NCBI RefSeq assembly: GCF_006345805.1
Contig: NC_043007.1
Span: 75,268,001 to 75,332,000 of the forward strand
Direction: 5' to 3'
DNA length: 64,000 nucleotides
DNA from: Octopus sinensis
Taxonomy: Eukaryota
Shown here: in pieces, positions 39,451 to 53,929 of the stretch
How positions within the stretch are numbered: position 1 is the stretch's first letter
Layout of the letters: each line of letters starts with the position of its first letter
The notes under the pieces: model-generated
The model's input: only the letters and a program-made list of their open reading frames with translations
What the model was told of the DNA's origin: nothing
Databases searched by the model: none
Made by a program: the position numbers and the translations under genes

Positions 39451-39989
39451 GTTCCTTTGTTTAACAACTAATTATTATAGTTTTCTTCTTTTAGACTTCT
39501 TTAGGTTTTAGTATCATTTATATTTGGTCTTATCAGTAAATTATTATTCATTATACGAACACAAATATAGAAACATGTTATACATACATATGTGTATATA
39601 TGTATATAATATCATTTCATTTTGTTGGTTTCATTGTTTATATCTTTTATTTTCATTGAATTTTCTTCCAAATCCGTTTCCAATCCTAAAACCGAGTTAT
39701 TACAATGAAATAGTAACCCTATGTGGTAAATGTTTGTAGGATAGAGGTAAGTTCCTGGCAAGTTAAATCCACAACCCATTTTACTATCCCCAGACATAGT
39801 CATTCCACTTGTCATTACAAGTTCCCTTGGAAAAAAAAAAGCATGAATATTATATAATTCTATTTACCTTCCCTACAAATTTGAAGCCTTGTGCCTATGT
39901 AAAAATATTTCATAACTTCCAATTGCTTTCATTGAAATTCAGACAGTTCACAGCTCCAATACTTCAGACGTGATTTAAATGTTACAGAA

Positions 39990-40440
39990 AAGAATCGCAA
40001 GATGGATTCTTCAAGCCGAGCCAACTGGCAGTAGACCTTGGGGTAGACCAAGAATGAGATGGTTGGAATAAGAAGGCAGCGAGCTGGCAGAAACGTTAGC
40101 ATGTTTGGCAAAATGCTTAGCGGTATTTCGTCTGTTGCCACGTTCTGAGTTCAAATTCCGCTGAGGTCGACTTTGCCTTTCATCCTTTCGGGGTCAATTA
40201 AATAAGTACCAGTTACGCACTGGGGTTGATATAATCGACTTAATCCTTTTGTCTGTCCTTGTTTGTCCCCTCTGTGTGTAGCCCCTTGAATGAGATGGTT
40301 GGATAATATTGTCTCTGTTGATCATGCTTGAGAATCCAGTTGGAAATTGTAAAGATGATTGCTTCTGATAGGACCCTATGGAGGAGGTGCCTGAGGGCTC
40401 TACCCCAACAGCCCACCCAGGAATAGTGGGAGGAGAAAAC
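39990..40440 (+). mobile_element. RTE LINE 3' fragment interrupted by a tRNA-SINE (about 40068-40287)
   Basis: RIARWILQAEPTGSRPWGRPRMRWLDNI. The SINE is flanked by a 16-bp TSD GAATGAGATGGTTGGA (40052-40067 and 40288-40303). A related fragment lies at 61100-61470. Confidence 0.7.
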
Positions 40441-40931
40441 AGATGGAACAATAATGTATATAATTGTTAATTTCATATAGGAAAGCCAAATACTTACAGT
40501 TAAATCATAATTGCTGTTAAGTAATTTTTTTACTTTGATGGTGCAATAAAACACATCTGAAATAGTAGTATATCCATACATAGTCACACATATATATACA
40601 CACGCCCTTGTATAATTTAATTAATTCCTGTATTATATTGTGATGATGATTAACAAGATTTTGTTTTACTGCTACTGTTGTGATATTTCCTATACTCACT
40701 AATTACTTTGAGATGTGAAATTTGTTTTAAAGTTGACTAATCACAACTAGTATTTATCTATGATCAGGTGGGTGACCAACTGGAACATGTGCAGTTCTTA
40801 TAGTAATGGCAAAATTTCTTCCTACTCAAATATTATAATATCTTCTTAAAACATTTTTTCCATGATACTTGTTAGTAAACTAATTGCTAATCTTCAATAC
40901 TTTATCTTCTTATAATAAGCTATTGAAACTA

Positions 40932-40974
<43 letters not shown>

Positions 40975-41098
40975 TAATGCAATACGCAAGTATTGCTTTC
41001 CAGTAAAAGATAGCCCATAAGGGTAAAATTATACATATAAAAGTAAATTTTCCAGTAAATATCGGTGCCTTGTTGTACCATTTATTTACTTTCATATG

Positions 41099-42669
<1,571 letters not shown>

Positions 42670-43545
42670 CTTGGAATTGTGGTTCTAAACATTTCGAAAA
42701 CTCTCACCATAAGTGCTTCCATGAATGACAACCACATCGACAGTTTGATCAGTAGAAGGAATTACTAAACGGTTCTGGTGTCTGTTTCTCAAGCCATTAA
42801 TCCTTGCAACCTTCATCTTAATCAAGTCTCACTAATCCCTATCTCTAATATATATATCTGAGCCTCAGCCATATTTAATATAATACTTTCTTAGTGATGA
42901 TGTATTGGATTTTCCTGATCTTTCCTTTGTAACTCCAATTTTCGCAACTTAGGCCCACCAAATAAAATCACAAGTAACTGCTTCAGTATGGTGACATTCA
43001 ATTCTCAGCTATTTTATTTGTGCCACTAATGTTGCTTCCCTTGAAAATATTGAGTTGTCTGTGATTGGTTGACACTATGCATCATCAAAGTCACAGACAA
43101 TCACCCTTGCATATTGTTTGCTGTTTGACTTACTGTATGAACTTTGGTAAATCCAGAATCTGAGAGTACTTCTTTTAAAATTGGTCTCACTACCTTCATG
43201 ACGTCAATAAAGACTGATTAGTCTTGCAATATTGTTCATCTTCTCTTCTATTATTTGCTGGTTAACAGTTCCACAATTTTGTTTCTTCTTTCCTATTGGT
43301 CACATCTCGTCAACAACTCCATACTCAAATACATTTTCTTCCCTTCCTTATTTTTTCATATGATATCATTATATTGACTGATACCTTTTTTTTTTCATTG
43401 CTTTCTGTTTTTCACATTTGATGAGAAAAGGAAGAATTTAAATAGTGGTATCATGCAAATTCCTTTTCAACATATCATTTGGTATCTTCTCATATATTTC
43501 TTGTTTACTGAACTTATAGAACCATATACCATTGGTTTTTATACA

Positions 43546-43768
43546 TTTACCCTTTCGTTACTCTATATATTTTGAGATGCTCTGTGTTTCTTTCAATTAC
43601 TTTAAATATAACAAAGAATTTAATAAAATAACTTAGTTATCATTCAACTAGTGTTAGGAACATAAATTGTGACCAAGGTGGAAGGTTTTAATTTAAAACT
43701 TATGAAAACAAGACATTTGTACTCAGAGCCAGAGCCGGTTTCAGCCGGGTTGGTAACAAAAGGGTTAA
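43546..43768. mobile_element. piggyBac-type MITE
   Basis: Same family, ending AAAGGGTTAA. Confidence 0.75.
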
Positions 43769-46700
43769 CAATGTTGGGAATTTTCTCTGGTAAGGCTTGC
43801 ATTTTGTTCAATTTTGACTCCAGTATATGGAATTTAAGTGATATATAGAAATACATACTAACTCTTGTTCACTGTTTAGTCAGTAACCAGAAAGCCCTTA
43901 ATGTTTGCTAAGTAATCCTATATGCAGACTTTTATTTCCTTTTGGTTAACTGTTTAGTCAGTTGTTGGCACTCACTCTTCTGAAATCACATATCTTTTAC
44001 AAAAGAATTGCTACAGAATTTTTTTGTTATGGAGTTAGTGTTGTCATCTTTTAAAGTTTTCATTGATTGGGCTGGCATTATTAATCTAAAGTAACAAAGA
44101 GAAGATGCAATACTCAACAGTAATTATCTCTGTTTTGTCAGAGTTGAATTCAAACAGAATGAATTTTTTGTTGTACAAACTCTAGCAAATTTGATAATTC
44201 TACTATTTATCATTGAATACAAGTTTATTATTGATACTAAGGTATTCTTTGTCATGAAGTAAAAAAAAAAAAAAATGTAAAATTGCTAGAGATTAAGTTC
44301 AGTGAGAATATAATCATTGACAATATGCTTCAGGCATGTTGAAGACACCTAACCATAAACAAAGTGAAGTAACTTGTTGTAAATAAGAATATTTAAATAA
44401 TTGTGTAAATGGCCATTCTGAAAGTGATAACGTTCTCCATTTATGCTTAAAATAAATGAACCAATTAACATTTTTAATCCTATCATAGTTGGAGAAGTTC
44501 CTACACAAACTCTATATACATCCATATATATATGAAATATTCAGTGGCACATGATTTGGTGGCATAGATGCCTTCAGCTGTCTAGTTTGATATATTGTGT
44601 TAGAAAATAAAATCTTCCAGGGTTAATAAATTAAATCAACTAATTAATTATTCTACTCTAAAAAAAAAATTGATTGTACGCTTATCTAAGATAAAACAGG
44701 TTTTACTTCTTAAATCCATTCATACTTTCAGAAGTTTTCTTATGGCTGAATTATAAGATTGCTACAACTTGACATCATCATCGTATCCCAATTTATTTCT
44801 TTGTATAATGTAATTTTTTGAAGCAAAATACATTGGTTTTGTTTTGTTTTTTTTAACTCATTCTTTTGCATATTAGAAAATATAAAATGAAAGCATTTAT
44901 CAGAATTTTGTGCAACAATATTATCTCTGTAAATCTGATATCTACATAACTCCCTGCAAAATTGTTTTGGGTTGTTTTTAACATGTTCTTTTACATTTGA
45001 AAAAGGCCATGGTTTTGTAAATTTTTAATTTGCTAGGGAAATATCTAAAGTCAAATTGCATTATAAATATGTTGAATTGGTGGGGAGCAGAATTCAAAAC
45101 TGAACAAATATCTGCTACTGTAATTGTTTTCTTTCTCTATGATTTCTACAGAAATGAGTTAGACAAATCAAATTGTTTTTCATTATTTTCATCATTTCTT
45201 TAGAATTTTTAATGTGGTTCACTTGCTTATGTTTGTTCATATTAAGTTAAAACAATTCGTCTCAATATGAATGTTTAAAACTGAAATTTTTGTAAAACAT
45301 TCTATTATTAATATTATTATTATTACGGCGGTGAGCTGGCAAAATCGTAAGCATGCCAGGCAAAATGCTTAGCAGTGTTTTGTCTGTCTTTACGTTCTAG
45401 GTTCAAATTCCATCAAAGTCAACTTCGCCTTTCATCTTTTCAGGGTCGATTAAATAAGTACCAGTTACGCACTGAGGTCGATATAATTGACTTAATCCCT
45501 TCCCCCAAATTTGAGGCCTTGTGCTTCCAGTAGAAAGAATTATTATTAAAATTTGCTCTATTCAATAATTTATTATTATGAAAAGGAAAAAAAGAAATTT
45601 GAGTTTAGTACCTACTGCTGAATATTTTTTAGTTTCCCACATAGTTCTAGAATGAATTATGATAGCACTAAATAAAATCATTTGCATATTTTTATATACG
45701 TTGACGATGGGATACCAGCCTCTCTGCTGACTGGATCTTTACTCTTAACATTTGTTTTCCGTATTGATTCCTGAATTTTGTTGATATCTGATTGCAGATA
45801 TTTTTAGACAGTAAATTATTTTATTTCTCAAATTTCTATTTATAGTTTCCACATTCTGCATTTCACCTTTTTTTTTTTTTTTTTTCCAATTTAATATTTT
45901 TTAAGCATCTGATATATAATGATTCTATTCATGGCATTTACTTTTGTATATATTAAAGAAAGTAAATAGTTTTTGTTGAGGAAATCTCAAAAAAAAAATA
46001 ATAATAATAATTGTTTTGTACACGGATGCTGAGCATTTTAAACATGACTTCAATGCACTTTCTTGTTGCAAATTTCATGCTGTTATCCATTAATTATCAT
46101 TTGGAATAAATATTGATGAAATATCTTATTGTTCAGAACGTTGTGACTTCTAATTCATGTAAATTATTCAAACAAGTTTAAATAATGCAGTTACCTTTGA
46201 AATGTTTATTGTAAAATATATCATATCTTTGGCATTTTATCTGTAATAATAAAAATAAATTATACAAATTTTTGAAGAATTCTAATGTTTTTTTCATACT
46301 AATTTCTGTTTTTACTAGTATAAATTAGTATAATAGTATAAATTGCATGACTAGGTCCCACCTTTTCTACTTTGGTGATTGAGAAAGTGATAATTGGAAA
46401 TACTTAGAATAGCGCCGCCTCGACTGGCCTCCGTACCAGTGGCACGTAAAAAGCACCAATTGATCGTGGCCGTTGCCAGCCTCGCCTGGCACCTGTGCCG
46501 GTGGCACATAAAAAGCACCCACTACACTCACGGAGTGGTTGGTTTTAGGAACGGCATCCAGCTGTAAAAACACTGCCAGATCAGACTGGAGCCTGGTGCA
46601 GCCTCCTGGCTTCCCAGACCCCGGTTGAACCGTCCAACCCATGCTAGCATGGAAAGCAGACGTTAAACGATGATGATAATGCACAGGAAGAAAAATTAAT

Positions 46701-47695
46701 AAATCTTAAAAAAAAACAAACAGGGGTGGGGGCATCAGGAAGCATGAAAGTTTTGAAGGATGTAGTGTCTTAAAAGCTAACAACTGATGTAGGTAGTTTA
46801 TTCCATGCTTCAGCAATTCTGAGAATGAAAGAATGTTTCCAAAAGTCATGGGTGCTGTGTTGCTTTTTTGATTTTGTAAGGCTGTCCACAAGTATTAGAC
46901 ATACAGAATTCAAAAAGATGCCCAAGGTTGTTGTTGGAAAGATGGTGGATAATCTTGTGGGTGTTTGCCAAGTCCAACAAATCAAAATGTTCAGAGTATG
47001 GTAGATGCCTGATGGTGGGTATTTGTCTGGATGCATGTTTCTGAACAGTTTCCAGATTGATATGCCAGCCTAGATAGTGGTTCCAGACTGGTGATGCAAA
47101 CCCTAAGTGTGGACTCCTACCCTACAATGTCCTAAAAATATACAAGCAAACCATTGAAATCTTGAAGCTACAAGATAATGATGGATTAATTCAATACAAC
47201 ATGAATAAATAAGTAATACATTTGACAAAGAAATCTGAATGCTAAAGGGTTAGTCTAAAAATCAGATCCTCACATTTCAGAGAAAATAATGTCTGAGTAT
47301 AAAATGAAAATGCTGTGAAACAAAATCTTAATAATAGATCTCAGCAGGGTGATGAGGGAGCAGAATCATTAGCTCACCGGGTTAAATGCTTTACCTGAGT
47401 TCTGAGTTCAAATTCCACTGAGGTCACCTTTGTCTTTCATCCATTCGGGGTTCATAAAATAAGTACCACTTGAACACTGGGGCCAATATAATTGTCCTAT
47501 ACCCTCCTGCTGAAATTGCTGGCCTTGTGCCAAAGTCTGAAATCAATATTAGATCTCAGCACAGTAATAGCAATCACATCATTATCTATTATTTCTTTCA
47601 ACATGGTGTTTAAGTGAATCCAGATCACAAGAGGAGAGTCTTGCAGTGAAATGCTTGTAACTGGTTGATTACAGAACTGAATTGACCTGAGACAC

Positions 47696-47754
47696 TCAAA
47701 TCATCTCAGTTGATGTACTATCACCAGTCACAGTTGTCCCTTGACCCCCCCAAC
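47696..47754 (-). CDS. Candidate terminal exon of the TJAP1-like gene (SWGGQGTTVTGDSTSTEMI*)
   Basis: Lies in non-repetitive ORF 47696-47890. The acceptor TTAG at 47756-47755 is phase-compatible with the GTAAAT donor at 52389. An alternative phase-2 acceptor is at 47838. Confidence 0.4.
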
Positions 47755-48342
47755 CTAAGCCGGGGTGACATGACCTTAGGTCAGGTAATTTACTGTACTT
47801 AGGCAAAGAACTGATATTCCTAACACTTTTTAGACTCCTACAGAAACCCAGAAGTATACCTATGATCAAAGGCATTTCAATAACATCCAATTCTTTTAAG
47901 ATTGTACGGGGTGAATTTGGCTGCTATTTCTAGCAGGCTGAGTGATCACATAGAAGCTTGCTTCATCAGTTAAGCAGCCATGAGCAAGGTTGTGGCTACT
48001 AGATATAGCTATATGCTTAAGACATTTACTTTGCCAACAATATTGTCTTAGGGTTCAGTCCCACAGTATGGAACCTTGGCAAATATCTTCTATAGCTTCA
48101 GACTAAGACATTATGAGTGAAATTTAGTAGATAGCATCAGTATTTCTATGGAAGACTATAATATATGTATCACATTGTCACTACTTGAGCAGCAGTGATG
48201 TGTTTCTAGTAGGTCCGGGGACTCCATTGGGTTTGGGAAAAACTGAAGATGTTGAGTGTTGGTGGTTAGGAAATGAAACAAAATTAGGGGACAATTCTTT
48301 TATCAATGAACCATTATTTAAAGTCCATGATTATTTACAGAC

Positions 48343-48649
48343 ACGTAAAAGCACCATCCGTTCGTGGCCGTTTGCCAGCTCTGTCTGGCCCCCGTGTCGG
48401 TGGCACGTAAAAAGCACCATCCGTTCGTGGCCGTTTGCCAGCTCTGTCTGGCACCTGTGCGGGTGGCACGTAAAAAGCACCCACTACACTCACAGAGTGG
48501 TTGGCGTTAGGAAGGGCATCCAGCCATAGAAACACTGCCAGATCCGACTGGGCCTGACGAAGCCTTCCAGCTTCACAGATCCCAGTTGAACCGTCCAACC
48601 CATGCTAGCATGGAAAGCGGACGCTAAATGATGATGATGATGATGATGA
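48343..48649 (+). mobile_element. (GAT)n-tailed retro-repeat family C (representative copy)
   Basis: Tandem GTGCCGGTGGCACGTAAAAAGCACC subunits, GGTTGGCGTTAGGAAGGGCATCCAGC core and CCAACCCATGCTAGCATGGAAAGCGGACG(GAT)n tail. Copies at 1550-1935, 6300-6645, 13885-14520, 14822-15310, 34262-34606, 37500-37828, 46395-46678 and others. Confidence 0.8.
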
Positions 48650-49399
48650 TCACACACCTAATTCTTTTTCCATGATACACCCATCACATACCTATTTCTT
48701 TTTCCATGATACTTGTTAATAAACTAAACACAGAGAGGACAAACAAGGACAGAAAAACGGATTAAGTCAATTATATCGACCCCAGTGTGTAACTGGTACT
48801 TATTTAATTGACCCCGAAAGGATGAAAGGCAAAGTCGACCTCAGTGGAATTTGAAGTCAGAACGTAGCGGCAGACGAAATACCGCTAAGCATTTCACCCA
48901 GCATGCTAATTTTCGCACCCATCACATACCAGTGACACATAAAAGGGTACCTAGTACACTCTGTAAAGTGGTTGGTGTTAGGAAGGACCTCCAACTGTAG
49001 AAACTAAACTAAAACAGATGACTGAAGCAGCTTACCAGTTCTAGTCAAACCGTCTAACCCACGCCAGTACGGAAAATAAATGTTAAATAATGATGATGAT
49101 CATGTGAAGTAAAGACAAAGGTACACACTTCCTGCAGTTTCCATCTGCAAAATCCACACAAGGCTTTGGTTGGCCTGGGCTGTCGAGGACACTTGCCTGA
49201 GATTGAACCTGACACTACATAGTTGGGAAGCAACCAGGAGTTTTCTAACAGTGGGGCAAAAGACAATTTTACTTTCTGAATTTCTGTGATTGTAAATAGC
49301 AAGAGAGACTTCCAATGTTGCTGTGACTTGTATCTTATAACACACTTTTGAAGAGAGGAAACTTGAAATAGTTGTCCACAATGCAAAGAAATAATAATC

Positions 49400-49548
49400 A
49401 AATAACTATGAAGGAGTCTTGCTGGATGTCTGTATCCAGGGATACAGGCATCCAGCAACAGGACCTCCATAATGCTATGATGGACCGTGAAGTCTGGCGT
49501 AGCATAGTAAATTCCATTGTCTCGACCATGGTCGAACAATGATGATGA
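49400..49548 (+). mobile_element. LINE ORF2 C-terminal remnant with (GAT)n tail
   Basis: SRDTGIQQQDLHNAMMDREVWRSIVNSIVSTMVEQ* followed by gatgatg. Confidence 0.6.
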
Positions 49549-50018
49549 AGGAGTTTGGAGAATGGTAATTAAGTCAGATAATATTAGACAAGTAAAGTAG
49601 TAAGACTTTCAACTAAAGTACCTGGAGGCAGTTTGCTGCTGGCGTTCAACTGAAAGAAAATGATGGGAAGATTTTTGTGGAATAAACTCCATCATCTGGG
49701 AAGGAAAAAAGAATAGGTATATCTTGGAGATGAGGGATGGGTAAACAATAGAAGATTGCAATGATTCTTTTTACTTGATTCAGTCATTGGAGTAGGGTAA
49801 TGCTTTGAAGGATTTAGTCAAACAAATCAACCCCTGGAACTATTCTATTGGTTTCTTTCACCAAGCTACTAAGTCATGTAGACACAAACAAACCAACACC
49901 AGTTAAAAAGCAATGGTATGAAACATACATACATATAAATACAACAAACTTAGTTTTTATATGTTAGGATTCCATACCAATATTGGTTGGACAGCTCTAA
50001 AAATCCAGTCATTTAAAT

Positions 50019-50233
50019 ATATTGTTTTATATTTGGAGACGGTCATTTTTGCCAATAAACATATGGACTATTTGACTTTTACTGCAGTTTTATTATACAG
50101 TGAAGAAGAACAGATAGTCATTGAATAGATCACAGAATGTGCAACAAAATAACTAATAATAATAAAGCTGAAGTGAAAATCAAATAGCGTGTGTGTTTAT
50201 TGGCAAAATGACCGTCCCCAAATATAACAATAT
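50019..50233. mobile_element. MITE with about 40-bp TIRs
   Basis: ATATTGTTTTATATTTGGAGACGGTCATTTTTGCCAATAAACA / TGTTTATTGGCAAAATGACCGTCCCCAAATATAACAATAT. Confidence 0.65.
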
Positions 50234-50415
50234 TTGTTTCAACACACCATTTCTCATCAAGAATCTTGCAGAACAAATACATAGACAGTTCTATATTTAA
50301 GAGATACTCTTAAATATAGAACTGTATTATCTAATCTGTACGGAGCCAACATTAGACTTCAATGGAGACATATAGAGAAACCCTATCAAAAACTAGCTCA
50401 TCTTTCAAACCATCT

Positions 50416-50995
50416 AATAATAATAACATCGAAAAATACCTTAGGAATGAGAACCCAGGTTCGAAATTTCCCCAAGACACCTGAAGAAGGCTGGAGGGTA
50501 TATCAGCCAAAACATTGTGTTAACAACAAACAAGATGAGGACAAATATCCATCAAATGTAAATAATGTAAATAAAATACATAAACAGTTCTATATTTATT
50601 TACATTTGACAGATATTTGCCCTCATCTTGTTTGTTTTTAACAACATTTTAGCTTATATACCCTCCAGCCTTCATCAAGTGTCTTGGGGAAATTTCAAAC
50701 CTGGGTTCTCATTCATAAGGTATTTTTTGATGCTATTATTATTATTATTATTATAATTATTATTATTATTATTCAGGTCACTACTTGGAATTGAACTCGT
50801 AATCTTGGGGTTAGTAGCCCGCGCTTTTGACCACTATGCCATATGCCTGTGGGCATACTTAGGAATGAGAACCTAGGTTCGAAATTTCCCCAAGACACCT
50901 GATGAAGGCTGGAGGGTATGTCAGCTGAAATGTTGTGTTAACAACAAACAAGATGAGGACAAATATCCGTCAAATGCAAATAATGTAAATAACAG
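50416..50995. mobile_element. Cluster of three copies of a hammerhead-bearing Penelope-like repeat; the minus copy has a tRNA-derived head
   Basis: Copies at about 50427-50572 (+), 50595-50733 (-) and 50858-50993 (+). Each has GACAC-CTGA(T/A)GA-A-GGCTG...CAGCC-GAAAC-GTT-GTGTT or CpG-decayed variants. A-box (50841-50831) and B-box (50796-50788) on the minus strand, then an (AAT)n linker. Confidence 0.7.
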
Positions 50996-51333
50996 AAATA
51001 CATAAACATACGTTATTTTCTAACTAAATACTTAACCTCTGCTCCAAATTACACTGTGTAACATGATTTTTGTCTTTGGATAACAACTGTTATTTCGTAT
51101 TTGCTTACCCCTAGGAAGTATGAAAAATGACTAATATTTCCTTCAAATTTTACTTTTGTCATGTTTATTCAAATCCCAAAGAATCCTTGTCAACACCTGA
51201 TTATGACGCTCCCCCACTGCTCCTGCTTCATGATCAGAGATACAAATATTGTCATCCACTAAGTGACATGCTCAAGTGGTTACGGTCAAACAAGTGACAA
51301 GTAAATCTGTGGTATTGAGCAGAATATTTGCTA

Positions 51334-51753
51334 CTAGCAGCATAGCCCGGCGTTGCCCGGGTATGTAAGAGCCCCTAGTAGGCAACGACTAATCCCAATC
51401 TAGTCCTTTCCCTCTAGGGAACGAAGGCGCATGTGTAGGTTGCAATGTCTTCTCTTCACTCGAATACTTCTGTGTATACGATGTTCCTAGCTGTCCCTAG
51501 CTGTCGAGTTATGTCCCCTTGACAGAAAATGTGTTGCATATAAAAAGCTTAAATTCTCGACCCCATGTCGAATTTATCGATTTTTTTCAGAACTGGGGGA
51601 ACTTTTCAAAATTTTCACTGTGTTAGTTTTGAATTATGACATTGGGCTATGTGTGTGTCAAGTTTCATCAGAATCGGTTGAAAGCCGTGGTCAGGGTGAG
51701 GGTACACCTGACAGACACACAGACAGACAAACTGCCGTTTATATAGAGAGAGA
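51334..51753 (-). mobile_element. Non-autonomous Helitron (different internal sequence)
   Basis: Minus strand 5' A|TCTCTCTCTATAT, 3' CCCGGGCAACGCCGGG hairpin then CTAG|T. Inserted at the edge of another repeat (51160-51332). Confidence 0.8.
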
Positions 51754-52381
51754 TAATGATATTTCTGCTTCAGCAACTTAGTGCTGAATCTTGTTTGAAA
51801 TGTAACGCAAAATGGATCAGTTTCAAAACATTGATGTCCAGGTCACAAAAGCAAAGTTTGAAGGGAATAGTAGTCATTTCCTTTGATTTCTAATAACACT
51901 TACGGACCAAAGACAAAAATAAAAATTTTGCTACACAGTGTTATTAACTGATCAATGGAGTATCCAAGAGGCTCCAAAAGAAAAGGAGTTGCATAGATAG
52001 TTACAAATTCTTAAAACAGAAACATTCAGTTTCCCTTCCTGCCTTAAAACAAATTGATGAATGAGGTTCATTAGAATTACACTTAAGGATAAAATTGTAA
52101 ACAAATAAGTTGTCATAGCAACAGAATCGACAACATTTTAATAAGAGAAACTTGTTCCACCATAGTATCAAAAGATATAAAGCTTAATCAGTCCTTCCTG
52201 ACCAGCTCTTGAAAAATAACTTCTTGGTAACAAGTCATTTTCTGTATAAATAAAATTATGTTCATAAGCAAAAAACCTTTGGTTTAAATCCATACTTTAA
52301 TTGGTAAAGAATTAAACCAATGTGTCTAAACCAGAAATCTCTTTCAAGTTAGATTTCTTGTTTAAAAGAGTTTATCTGCTT

Positions 52382-52759
52382 TCATTTACTTTTATGAACT
52401 TTTATATTTGAAATTGTGCAGTCTTTGTTGAGTGAGATTTGCACTTCTCGATCAATTAATACAACATTCCGTCGGCACTGAAAACAAATATAAGTCCTAC
52501 GTGGTTTGCGTGTTGGTTCTGGATGAGATAGAACCTGTGCTATCAACGTCATTGGTACAGTCTCAGTATTTGAATTTTGTTTGTCGTTCAACTGATCTTC
52601 GTTGGAATTGTTGATGGAATAAACCATTGCTGTAGGAGGGAACGTTTGCATTGGAATTCGGATTAATTTAGTTTCTTTTGTCATGGGAGGTTCTTCCATG
52701 TTAATCAGCTCTTCCTGGGTCATGTGGCATTTCACTCGTTCTTGAAGATCTGGAGGTAA
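52382..52759 (-). CDS. TJAP1: TJAP1/BEGAIN-like exon (LPPDLQERVKCHMTQEELI...TFPPTAMVYS...TYICFQCRRNVV...HKSK*)
   Basis: Acceptor ttttttttag at 52761-52760, phase 0, in frame with ORF 52382-52735. LPxxLQxxVxxH continues the family motif. It ends at the stop 52382-52384 or at a possible donor at 52389. Confidence 0.88.
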   Translation of the reverse strand, partial: LPPDLQERVKCHMTQEELINMEEPPMTKETKLIRIPMQTFPPTAMVYSINNSNEDQLNDKQNSNTETVPMTLIAQVLSHPEPTRKPRRTYICFQCRRNVVLIDREVQISLNKDCTISNIKVHKSK

Positions 52760-53929
52760 CTAAAAAAAAAATTATTTTGTTTTAGAAAAGTAGGTTAAAA
52801 AGTAACAAAAAAAAAATCAAAGACAGTATATACAAAAAAAAAGAAGTCATGAAATTTCTAACCTCTTCAGAGATCACAGTAGAATAATGTTTATTTACAT
52901 AAAATTATGTGTCCCTTTCAATATTCTGCAGTTAACACATTTCATAAATCTTCATTAGCAGAAGATATTTCATCAGACATTCACTGCCCCAGAGTTAAAG
53001 CCAAGCGACGTAGTTTCCAAAGGGGAGACAATTTTGTTATGCCTAGAGGATTATTTGACTATTTTGTGATGCGTAGAGGATTATTCTCTTCCTGAGAGTA
53101 TTAGGACAGTGGCTATACTTTTAAATTTTATTTTAGAAATTTACATGAGGGTGGGGAGAAAAAAAGTGAACAAACAATGGGCTTTCCATTCACCAAATTC
53201 ATTCACAAGGCATTGGTAGGCTCAGTGCTATATAGTAGGAGATGCTTGCCTAACTGCCTCACACTGTGGCTGAACTCAAGCCTACATAGTTCTGAGTTCA
53301 AATTCCACCAGGAGTGATTTTTGCATTTTATCCTATAGTTGAGCACTGAGGTTGATATAATCGGCTAACGCCTTTCCTGAAAATACTGGCCTTGTGCCAA
53401 AATTTGAAACCAATATTCTTTTATTCTATTACTTGTTTCAGTCATTAGACTGTGACTATGCTAGGACCCTGCCTTGAAGAATTTCTAGTGGAATAAATTG
53501 ACCTCAGTACTTAGTTTTTTAAAGTATGATACCCTTAAAGCCAGGATCTTTTCAGCACTCCCTCATTATATATATATATATAAATTTATTCATGATAATT
53601 TGCTTCCCACTCACATGGTTCTGGGTTCAATCCCACTGCATGGCACCTTGGACAAGTGTCTTCTACTATATCATTGGGCTGTTTCAAGTCAACATTGAAG
53701 GTGAAATACCTTATTAATTTCGTTTTAATTATTGACAAAATTATAATCACTCATTCATCTATCTCAAAGTTAGAAAGACAGATTTCTAATGGGGAAATTG
53801 CTATCACTTAGTATCTTATCCCTTTTGGTGTTGTAATTTTCCATCAAAAGTTTAAACTGAAGGTGAAGTCCCTTACTGAATTTATTGAAAATTATTCAAC
53901 AATTACATTAATTTATTAATTCACCCCTT

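Noticed and set aside
39740-39746. 7-nt AG/GTAAGT-bounded micro-exon
   Set aside because: Introduces an immediate TAG in the TRIM9 phase and is likely a chance match.
42668-43350. Unique-looking sequence as hidden SPRY exons
   Set aside because: Plus-strand frames are interrupted by stops and show no SPRY motifs.
50774-50857. tRNA gene
   Set aside because: A and B boxes are present but the acceptor stem does not pair. Treated as a SINE head, as are the heads at 24960-25043, 29895 and 120-197.
51904-51947. 44-nt minus-strand exon candidate that would join the acceptor at 47838
   Set aside because: Needs a phase-0 donor in the upstream exon, which I could not find. In phase 1 it contains a stop.
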